NCBI RefSeq assembly: GCF_029335975.1
Contig: NZ_JARJMT020000145.1
Location: forward strand, 472-64,471
Direction: 5' to 3'
DNA: 64,000 nucleotides
From: Tepidimonas sp.
Lineage (GTDB): Bacteria; Pseudomonadota; Gammaproteobacteria; Burkholderiales; Burkholderiaceae_C
The notes beneath the pieces are model-generated. The model was not told the origin of the DNA, made no database searches, and saw only the letters and a program-made list of their open reading frames with translations. Both the position numbers and the translations under genes were made by a program. Positions 42,101-50,306 of the stretch are shown here, one piece after another; positions within the stretch are counted from its first letter, which is position 1; each line of letters opens with the position of its first letter.

Positions 42101-42290
42101 TGCCCGACAAGCGCAGCAGCCCCTCGCGGAACAGTTGCTCCATGCCGTGCGTGACGAAGTTGCGTGAGAAGAACTCCCGCCCGTCTCCCTCGTCATTGAT
42201 GAGTTCTGCCAGATTCTCGATGCCTTGGCTCATCCGGTAGTCTCGGATGATCGAATTGAACCGGCAGGCCTGCTTGACCGTCTTGATCAT
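39165..42290 (-). CDS. DUF499-family AAA+ ATPase (1041 aa) with C-terminal Fn3/Ig-like domains
   Basis: LTQAMGGGKTH, ILLDELPPY, YPFHP, FRQTRGL; YYTLDGSNP near the C-terminus; start MIKTVK overlaps the RHH stop. Confidence 0.88.
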   Translation of the reverse strand: MIKTVKQACRFNSIIRDYRMSQGIENLAELINDEGDGREFFSRNFVTHGMEQLFREGLLRLSGKSDQAVFELTQAMGGGKTHMMIALGLLARHPHLRSDVLPPDLAARVDFDTARIAAFNGRNNPDNYIWGEIASQLGAEDAIKPYWANGPKAVDQRKWKEIIGSEPTLILLDELPPYLDNASTQVFGQGTLANMVVYSLSSLMSAALELPNCAIVVANLAGSYKAQTKALSDAISNLQQETRRQAMTITPVQLAGNEIYEILKKRLIDELPDERVISDVAEEYAQQIKKAEDGGYIVASSIEQIAEQVRETYPFHPSFKHLVALFKENEGFRQTRGLMQFTARLLKSVEERDTDDVFLIGTQHLNLNDDQVKDEIERIAPKLMPAVTRDIADNGNAIAEHIDDELGSDAARQVMTLLLASSLSRAVGGRIGLSESELIEFLAAPQRKPDEFLQAMQRLREAAWYLHREERRFFIKETENLSRQIERNAKEVPQPKVDQALINRLTGILEPVRKIAYQDVQVLPKLDELKLSGPRTLIVIKPDGKVPPSELQNFFDYQQEKNNLLVLTGQDSLLADAVEERLRELYAIEQIHKRLRPGDTLFEEARDRLEEAEDRFGKALSAAYNRLYFPVNDPVDGRDVLAGVTIDQGLKIGQGDQSAEAQIESLLASPRADYKLVRELTKGNLDEYFAMAEEYLWPSGKDNRRTPWKDVVMRAKCSPIWPWMPGASGLDTLKTEALKQGRWRLGEDGYIEKGPFPKDKATVNVSVVNIKADSGETVLSLTPRHAGDSPVVYWSTKPEVTDKDQKVDDLDNFTTTQGTLYFWVKDTTGQHESAPPVRWLADLKIRHQVEPAADKRRVRLEATPRAELYYTLDGSNPKDGTRYDGPFEIGVGSFRLLVFARAGEANKTADFQIQASGDKTVQIVDAKPARLQSKRVSLDTTDRVFGVINRFRDQPGTRFKGVRIEIGEGENTVTVRFQEREVTAAMIEGVVNSLRDVLGEPEAMVNIAIAEGIQFDTGFALKEFAKIAGVELKPGDVSQEE

Positions 42291-42484
42291 GAGCGCACTT
42301 CGCTGTTGTTCTCGGCTTCGTCGGAGGGCGGAATCTCGATCCCGCATTGCTCGCAATAGTCGCGAATCAGGACCTCGACCATGTTGGCGATCGACCGATG
42401 TTCGAGATTTGCCGCGAGGCGCAGCGCCTCCTTGAGAGCGGGATCGATCCGAAAGGTCAGGGTAGCGGTTTTGCGTGCGACCAT
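42287..42484 (-). CDS. Ribbon-helix-helix (CopG/Arc-like) small regulator, first gene of the defence operon
   Basis: MVARKTATLTFRIDPALKEALRLAANLEHRSIANMVEVLIRDYC; alternating beta-strand then two helices; GGAGAGG SD. Confidence 0.8.
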   Translation of the reverse strand: MVARKTATLTFRIDPALKEALRLAANLEHRSIANMVEVLIRDYCEQCGIEIPPSDEAENNSEVRS

Positions 42485-42500
42485 AGCCTCTCCGGAAGCC

Positions 42501-42526
42501 ACTGCAAATGTACTGCACTTTACAGT
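42501..42526. promoter_or_regulatory. Putative RHH operator/promoter of the defence operon
   Basis: ACTGCA at 42501 and 42512 (11-bp spacing) plus inverted TACAGT at 42521, in an AT-richer patch 17-42 bp upstream of the RHH ATG. Confidence 0.45.
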
Positions 42527-42827
42527 ATCGCAGCGGCGCCAACAATGTGGAGTAGCCGGGCCCCTGTGCGCGTTGTCCGCCAGGACGACCCCACGCCGGC
42601 CGAGCGCGCGGGGCAGTTGGCGGCGGTCGTTGGGAGAGATGGGCGTCATGGCGGCTGGTCGTCGGCGTGTGCGCGTATGAACGCGCTTTTTCGCCGAACA
42701 GCCAAGCTGGCAGGTAGGCAGTCCTGGTAAGCGCGCGCCGCGGTGGCACGACGTGCGATGCTCCAAGATACCGCGTGCACGAACCCGCTCACTTGAGCTG
42801 GATTCCTAGGGTTCCCGTAGTCGTTTA

Positions 42828-43320
42828 ACAGGCCGTTGAAAAATCCCGTGCGAGCGCCCGACTCGGCCGCTACGATCTGACGCCATCTGCAAACGCCCCA
42901 GTCGAAGACGATGCGAGGCAAGCAAAACTTCCAACGGGGCGATGTTCAGCGACATCGGCCTAGCAGAGCGAGTGCCGCAGGCCCATCCGCTGCTTTATCC
43001 GCAGCGAGCGCCATGCGGGCGGCAAGACCAGCCTCTAAGCGCGCAAGCGCATCAAGCACATCGAAGGGGCCTTTGGCAGGATCAAGACCGTGGGCGGTTA
43101 AGGCCAAGACCCCACTGATCGGCCAGGCCAAGCTCGCGGGCCAAGCGCTGCTGTGCTTTGCCAACTAAGACCGGGTGCGCATGGGCAGCATCGGCATCTG
43201 GTGGCACGCGCATCATGCGTGAGCAGCCGCTCCAAGCGCTTCGCAGGCATGTCAGGGCAACCCGTTTCTTCGGAATCAGCGCCCCAAGCCCGCCCGATGC
43301 GTGCTTTTTCAACGGTCTGT
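42828..43320 (+). mobile_element. Internally deleted, non-autonomous IS5-like element (~490 bp)
   Basis: TIRs ACAGGCCGTTGAAAAA / TTTTTCAACGGTCTGT flanked by TA; transposase N-terminus (MRGKQNFQ..MFSDIGLAERVPQAHPL) joined to C-terminus (RKRI..EGAFGRIKTVGG..LIGQAKLAGQALLCFA); frameshifts and stops. Confidence 0.82.
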
Positions 43321-43345
43321 TAGGCCACCCCCACTGCGCAGCACC

Positions 43346-44266
43346 TCAGACGCCCAACATCAGCCGCAGATTCTGCACCGCCGCGCCGCTGGCGCCTTTG
43401 CCCAGGTTGTCCAATCGGGCCACGAGCAGGGCGTGGCGGCGTGCGTCGTTGCCGTACACCCGCAGCTCCAGCCGGTCGCTGCCGGCCAGCGCCACCGCGT
43501 CCAGCTTGCCGTCGGCGGTTGGCGGCTCGACCGATACCCAAGCGCTGCCCGCATAGTGGGCCGCCAGCGCGTCGTGCAGATCGGCCGGACGCACCTGGCC
43601 CGGCAGCGCATCCAGATGCAACGGCAGTTGCACCAGCATGCCCTGCGCAAAGTTGCCCACCGAGGGCACGAACAGCGGGCGTCGCTGCAGGCCGGTGTAG
43701 GCCATGATCTCCGGCAGGTGCTTATGCTCCAGCCCCAGGGCGTACAGCTCGAAGGCGGGGGCGTGGCCGGATTCGTACGCCTCGATCAGGGTGCGCCCGC
43801 CCCCGGTGTAGCCGCTGACGCTGGGCAGGCACAGGGGGTGGTCGATCGGAATCAGACCGGCATCGACCAGCGGGCGAATCAACGCGATGGCCCCCGTGGC
43901 GTAGCAGCCGGGGTTGGCCACGCGATCCGCCGCTCGGATGGCTTCGGCCTGCCCTGGTGCCAGTTCAGCAAAGCCATACACCCAACCGGGCGCCACCCGA
44001 TGCGCGGTAGAGGCATCGATGATGCGCGGCGCACGCCCCGTCTCGGCGCGCAAGGCGTCGATCAGGGCGACGGACTCGCGCGCGGCCTCGTCGTGCAGGC
44101 AGAGGATGACCAGATCCGCCCGCGCCATGCACTCGCGCTTGGCCTGCGGATCTTTGCGGCGCTCGGGGTCGATCGACAGCAGCGTCACGCCGGCCAGCCC
44201 CTGCAGCCGTTCGCGGATCTGCAAGCCGGTCGTGCCCGCTTCCCCGTCGATGAAGATATGGGCCAT
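43346..44266 (-). CDS. argC: N-acetyl-gamma-glutamyl-phosphate reductase (type 2)
   Basis: [43 protein letters not shown]. Confidence 0.95.
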   Translation of the reverse strand: MAHIFIDGEAGTTGLQIRERLQGLAGVTLLSIDPERRKDPQAKRECMARADLVILCLHDEAARESVALIDALRAETGRAPRIIDASTAHRVAPGWVYGFAELAPGQAEAIRAADRVANPGCYATGAIALIRPLVDAGLIPIDHPLCLPSVSGYTGGGRTLIEAYESGHAPAFELYALGLEHKHLPEIMAYTGLQRRPLFVPSVGNFAQGMLVQLPLHLDALPGQVRPADLHDALAAHYAGSAWVSVEPPTADGKLDAVALAGSDRLELRVYGNDARRHALLVARLDNLGKGASGAAVQNLRLMLGV

Positions 44267-44524
44267 CTCGATACTCCACGGGGGTCACCCCCATTGACAT
44301 GATCAAAATCCAGACCGGCGGGTTGGCGCGGCCCGTCAGCTTCCCATCAGGCTTGTGCGACGCAGCATGATACAGTTCGCGCTGGCCCGCGCTGGCCCGC
44401 CGGCTGCGGCGCTGCGCACCGCGGCGCCGCGCACTCGTGCACGCGGCGGCGCAAGCGATCTTGCCGACCCCTCACCTGCTGCCGGGCGGACCTCCCGTCA
44501 GACGCCATTCCAGACAGGAACCAC

Positions 44525-45691
<1,167 letters not shown>

Positions 45692-45718
45692 TTGGCCCTG
45701 CCGAGAGGAAAGCGCATC

Positions 45719-46612
45719 ATGTCCATCCTGATCAACAAAGACACCAAGGTCATCACCCAGGGCATCACCGGCAAGACGGGCCAGTTCCACACCGAAAAAT
45801 GCCAGCAGTACGCCAACGGGAAGCACTGTTTCGTTGCCGGCGTCAACCCCAAGAAGGCCGGTGAGAAGATTTTCGACATCCCCATCTACGCCTCCGTGAA
45901 AGAAGCGGCGGCCGAGACGGGCGCGACGGTCAGCGTCATCTATGTGCCACCGGCGGGTGCAGCGGACGCCATCTGGGAAGCGGTGGAAGCCGACCTGGAC
46001 CTGGTGGTCTGCATCACCGAAGGCATTCCCGTGCGTGACATGCTGATGGTGCGCAACAAGATGAAGGCCAAGGAAGCCGCCGGCGGCAAGAAGACGCTGC
46101 TGCTGGGGCCGAACTGCCCGGGCCTGATCACGCCGGACGAGATCAAGATCGGCATCATGCCGGGTCACATCCACCGCAAGGGCCGCATCGGCGTCGTGTC
46201 GCGCTCCGGCACGCTGACCTACGAGGCGGTGGCGCAGCTCACCGAGCTGGGGCTGGGCCAGTCCAGCGCCGTCGGCATCGGTGGCGACCCGATCAACGGG
46301 CTCAAGCACATCGACGTCATGCAGATGTTCAACGACGATCCCGATACGGACGCCGTGATCATGATCGGCGAGATTGGCGGCCCAGACGAGGCCGAGGCCG
46401 CACGCTGGTGCAAGGACCACATGAAGAAGCCGGTGGTTGGCTTCATCGCCGGCGTCACTGCCCCCCCGGGCAAGCGCATGGGCCACGCGGGCGCGCTGAT
46501 CTCAGGCGGTGCCGACACTGCCGAGGCCAAGCTCGCCATCATGGAGGAATGCGGCTTCAAGGTCACGCGCAACCCCTCCGAGATGGGCAAGCTGCTTAAA
46601 AGCCTGCTCTGA
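45719..46612 (+). CDS. sucD: Succinate--CoA ligase alpha subunit
   Basis: [30 protein letters not shown]. Confidence 0.97.
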   Translation: MSILINKDTKVITQGITGKTGQFHTEKCQQYANGKHCFVAGVNPKKAGEKIFDIPIYASVKEAAAETGATVSVIYVPPAGAADAIWEAVEADLDLVVCITEGIPVRDMLMVRNKMKAKEAAGGKKTLLLGPNCPGLITPDEIKIGIMPGHIHRKGRIGVVSRSGTLTYEAVAQLTELGLGQSSAVGIGGDPINGLKHIDVMQMFNDDPDTDAVIMIGEIGGPDEAEAARWCKDHMKKPVVGFIAGVTAPPGKRMGHAGALISGGADTAEAKLAIMEECGFKVTRNPSEMGKLLKSLL

Positions 46613-46631
46613 TCCAGTCTGCGGCCCGCGC

Positions 46632-47471
46632 TCAGGGTGCCTGCCACAGCGCTGCGCGCGTGCATTCGGCTTGCGCGCGGGCGGCGCTGGCAAAGTCCTC
46701 GCCCGCGCTGGCGTACAGAACGGCACGCGAGGAGTTGACGATCACCGGCCCGATCGTGCGGCCCTGAGCGTCGCCGCGCCAGCCGGCTTGCACCGTGGTG
46801 GCGGCGTCTCCCCCTTGCGCGCCAACACCTGGGATCAACAACGGCACGGTGGGGGCGATCGAGCGCACGCGCTCGATCTCTTGCGGGTAGGTGGCGCCGA
46901 CCACCAGTCCCATCTGGCCGTGGCGGTTCCACGGCCCCTGGGCCAGCGCCGCGATGTGCTCGTACAGCCGCGGCTGCCCCGGTACATCGGCCAGGCGCTG
47001 CGCCTGCAGGTCGCTGCCGCCGGGGTTGCTGGTGCGGCAGAGCAGGAACACCCCCTTGCCGGGGTAGCGCAGATAGGGCTCCACCGAGTCGAAGCCCATG
47101 AACGGCGACAGCGTCACCGCGTCGGCCCCGTAGCGCTCGAAGGCTTCCTTGGCGTACTGCTCGGCGGTGCTGCCGATGTCGCCGCGCTTGGCGTCCAGGA
47201 TGATCGGCACATCGGGTGCAGCCACGCGGATGTGCGCCATCAGCCGCTCGAGCTGCGCCTCTGCCCCGTGCGCGGCAAAGTAGGCGATCTGTGGTTTGTA
47301 GGCGCAGACGAGGTCGGCGGTGACATCGACGATGGCCGCACAGAAGTCGTAGAGGTGCTCCACGCGCCCCTTCCAGCGGCCGGGCAGGCGAAGCGGGTCC
47401 GGGTCCAGCCCGACGCACAGCCGCGAGCGATGGCGCGCCTCAGCCTCCAGCAACCGATCGACAAAGTTCAT
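46632..47471 (-). CDS. pyrF: Orotidine-5'-phosphate decarboxylase
   Basis: LCVGLDP, YKPQIAYF, ILDAKRGDIGST, RTSNPG, LIPGVGAQGG. Confidence 0.95.
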   Translation of the reverse strand: MNFVDRLLEAEARHRSRLCVGLDPDPLRLPGRWKGRVEHLYDFCAAIVDVTADLVCAYKPQIAYFAAHGAEAQLERLMAHIRVAAPDVPIILDAKRGDIGSTAEQYAKEAFERYGADAVTLSPFMGFDSVEPYLRYPGKGVFLLCRTSNPGGSDLQAQRLADVPGQPRLYEHIAALAQGPWNRHGQMGLVVGATYPQEIERVRSIAPTVPLLIPGVGAQGGDAATTVQAGWRGDAQGRTIGPVIVNSSRAVLYASAGEDFASAARAQAECTRAALWQAP

Positions 47472-47530
47472 GCCGGCATTGTAGAGGTGGCCAGCGCGAC
47501 ATCCGATCTGCGCCCGCGGCATGCAAGAAG

Positions 47531-48550
47531 TCAGCCCGGCTGACTGGCTGACGCGCCGGCGCTGGGCGCGGCACTTGCCACCGCCGCCTGCAGCGCATCG
47601 ACGAAGCGCGCCGCCACGTCGTAGCCAGTCTGCTGCGTGATCTCTTGAAAGCAGGTCGGGCTGGTGACGTTGACTTCGGTCAGGTGCTCGCCGATGATGT
47701 CCAGCCCCACCAGCAGCAGCCCGCGTGCGGCCAGCCGCGGCCCGAGCGCACGCGCGATGGCCCAGTCGGCCTCCGACAGCGGCTGCGCGACGCCCCGCCC
47801 GCCGGCGGCCAGATTGCCGCGCACCTCGCCGCCCTGCGGAATGCGCGCCAGGCAGTAGGGCACCGGCTCACCGCCGATCACGAGCACGCGCTTGTCGCCC
47901 AACGCGATGCCGGGCAGAAAGCGCTGCGCCATGATCGTGGCGTGGCCGTGCTGCGTCAGCGTCTCGACCACGGCACCGAGGTTGAGCCCATCCGGACCGA
48001 CACGGAAAATCCCCCTCCCGCCCATGCCGTCCAGGGGTTTCAAGATGATGTCGCCGTGCTCGGCGTGGAAGGCGCGAATCGCTTGCGCCGAGCGCGTCAC
48101 CAGCGTTGGCGGGGCCCACTCGGCAAACTCCATGAGCGCCAGCTTTTCCGGGTGGTCGCGCAGTGCCGCCGGGCGGTTGAAGACGCGCGCGCCTTCGCGC
48201 TCGGCCTGCTGCAGCAGGTGCGTGGCGTAGAAGTACTCGGCATCGAACGGTGGGTCCTTGCGCATGAGCACGGCGTCGAAGGCATGCAACGGCTCGTGGC
48301 CCTGCCGGCAGATGCGAAACCAGTCGTCGGCCGCACCGGTCAGCTCCACCTCGCGCACCAGCGCCATCACCGGCTCGCCGCTGCGCCAATGCAGATGCGC
48401 CGGCTCGCACGCAGCCAGGCGCACGCCGCGGCGCGCCAGCTCGCGCATCATCGCAAAGGTGCTGTCCTTGTAGGTCGCAAAGCTGTGCAAGGGATCGGCC
48501 ACCACCAGCACGCGGCTCAGGCCACCGGCTGCGATAGGGGCCTCAGGCAT
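47531..48550 (-). CDS. gshB: Glutathione synthetase
   Basis: KDSTFAMM, MRKDPPFD, KPLDGMGG, RGNLAAGG, EVNVTSPTCF. Confidence 0.93.
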   Translation of the reverse strand: MPEAPIAAGGLSRVLVVADPLHSFATYKDSTFAMMRELARRGVRLAACEPAHLHWRSGEPVMALVREVELTGAADDWFRICRQGHEPLHAFDAVLMRKDPPFDAEYFYATHLLQQAEREGARVFNRPAALRDHPEKLALMEFAEWAPPTLVTRSAQAIRAFHAEHGDIILKPLDGMGGRGIFRVGPDGLNLGAVVETLTQHGHATIMAQRFLPGIALGDKRVLVIGGEPVPYCLARIPQGGEVRGNLAAGGRGVAQPLSEADWAIARALGPRLAARGLLLVGLDIIGEHLTEVNVTSPTCFQEITQQTGYDVAARFVDALQAAVASAAPSAGASASQPG

Positions 48551-49838
48551 CGTACTCGGCCTCCGGGTCGGTGGCTTCCAGCTCGTAGGCGGCGGCCAGC
48601 ATGGCCAGCCGCGCCACCACGCCGTACATGTAGAAGCGGTTGGGCACGCTCGCCCCTGGCGGCGTGCCAGGCTGTGGCTGCAGCGCGCTTTTCTCGAACG
48701 CCAGCGGCACAAAGCTCGCCCCGGGGGCGTTGAGATTCTCGTCCACGCCGCGCTCGGCATGCACACGGTAAAAGCCGCCGACGACATAGCGGTCCATCAT
48801 GTAGACCACCGGCTCGGCCACGGCGTCGTTGATGCGCTCGTGCGTCATGACGCCCTCTTGGATGATCACGTCGCTGACCTGCTGGCCGTCCTTGATGACA
48901 TTCATCTTGTTCTTGGCACGGCGGTTGAGACTGGACAACTCGGCTGCGTCGCGCACCATCATCACACCCATGCCATAGGTGCCGTTGTCGGCCTTGATAA
49001 CGACGAAGGGGCGCTCTTGGATGCCGTACTCCTTGTACTTGCGGCGGATCTTGGTCAGCAGCGCATCGACATTGCCCTGCAGGCACTCGAAGCCGGTCCC
49101 CTCGGCAAAATTGACCTGGCCGCATTGGGCGAACATGGGGTTGATCAGCCACGGATCCATGCCCAGCAGCTTGCCAAAGCGCTTGGCCACCTCCTCGTAG
49201 GCACGGAAGTGGTTGCTCTTGCGCCGCACATGCCAGCCTGCATGCAGGGGGGGCAGCAGGTACTGCTCGTGCAAATCCTCCAAGATGCCGGGCACACCCG
49301 CGGAGAGGTCGTTGTTGAGCAAGATGGTGCAGGGATCGAAGTGCTTGAGCCCAAGGCGGCGCCCCTCGCGAATCAAGGGCTCGAGCGTGACCTGGTCGCC
49401 GTTGGGCAGATCGATGGTCACGGGGGCCTTGATCTCGGGGTTGAGAGAGCCGAGCCGCACATGGAGTCCGGCCGAGTAGAAGATGCGCTGCAACTGCGCC
49501 ACATTCATCAGGTAGAACAGGTTGCGCGTGTGGTTCTCGGGGATGAGCAGCAGGTTTTTCGCCTCGGGGCAAATCTTCTCGATGGCAGCCATGGCGGCCT
49601 GCACCGCGAGCGGCAGCATCTCGGGCGTCAGGTTGTTCCATCCGCCGGGAAACAGATTGGTGTCTACCGGCGCGAGCTTGAAGCCGGCATTGCGGATGTC
49701 CACCGAGGTGTAGAAAGGCGGCGTGTGCTCCATCCACTCCAGGCGGAACCAGCGCTCGATGACCGGAGTGGATTCGAGGATGCGCTGCTCCAGCTCGTTG
49801 ATGGGGCCGGTCAGCGCGGTGACGAGATGGGGAACCAT
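48543..49838 (-). CDS. gshA: Glutamate--cysteine ligase (betaproteobacterial type)
   Basis: MVPHLVTAL, KLAPVDTNLFPGGWNNL, KADNGTYGMG; upstream of gshB. Confidence 0.92.
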   Translation of the reverse strand: MVPHLVTALTGPINELEQRILESTPVIERWFRLEWMEHTPPFYTSVDIRNAGFKLAPVDTNLFPGGWNNLTPEMLPLAVQAAMAAIEKICPEAKNLLLIPENHTRNLFYLMNVAQLQRIFYSAGLHVRLGSLNPEIKAPVTIDLPNGDQVTLEPLIREGRRLGLKHFDPCTILLNNDLSAGVPGILEDLHEQYLLPPLHAGWHVRRKSNHFRAYEEVAKRFGKLLGMDPWLINPMFAQCGQVNFAEGTGFECLQGNVDALLTKIRRKYKEYGIQERPFVVIKADNGTYGMGVMMVRDAAELSSLNRRAKNKMNVIKDGQQVSDVIIQEGVMTHERINDAVAEPVVYMMDRYVVGGFYRVHAERGVDENLNAPGASFVPLAFEKSALQPQPGTPPGASVPNRFYMYGVVARLAMLAAAYELEATDPEAEYDA

Positions 49839-50050
49839 GGTAGGCCCTCTCTGACGGAAAGTGGAAGGGAGCCGCCCGACGGGACGGCGTCAGCGGGGAA
49901 TAGACCGATTGTAGAAAGTCGCGCGCGGCTTTCACAGCTCGGGCGGGCGTCAGTGAGAACCACAGTCCGCGCGCCGCAACTTGGGGCGGTTGGCCACCGC
50001 GAACGGAGCCTGTCTTTGACCAACGACGTCGTCTTCATCGCGATCGACGG

Positions 50051-50264
50051 ATGGGCCGACCTGTGTCGGGCGCCAGCCGCAACCCGTTTTCAACGCCGGG
50101 GATTTTCCTGCCTGGGAGGCGGCACAGACCGAGCAGCACGAACCCATCGCCGGCGAGGTGTTCACGTGGAACTCGCCAGCGTCGGCCTGTCCTTGCCTAT
50201 CGAGCCGATCGACCAGCACACCCTGCCGGAGACCGGTGACGCTAGACCCGCCTCGGGCAGATGA
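50051..50264 (+). pseudogene. Uma2-family (DUF820) endonuclease remnant, N- and C-termini joined by a large deletion
   Basis: Frame from 50074 gives QPQPVFNAGDFPAWEAAQTEQHEPIAGEVF; a shifted frame from 50163 gives VELASVGLSLPIEPI. Confidence 0.6.
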
Positions 50265-50306
50265 CCCCTCCGCTGCCCTCGCGCAAGCGCACCGCCCTGG
50301 GGGCCA

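Noticed and set aside
42291-42749. N-terminal extension of the DUF499 ORF, and short ORF MTPISPNDRRQL… (from 42649) faintly like a phage repressor start
   Set aside because: The extension overlaps the RHH gene and has no motifs; the repressor resemblance covers about 10 residues and cannot be supported.
27400-43400. Integrase, tRNA/att site or prophage explanation for the island
   Set aside because: No recombinase, tRNA or phage structural gene seen; the only boundary signal is the IS-derived direct repeat.
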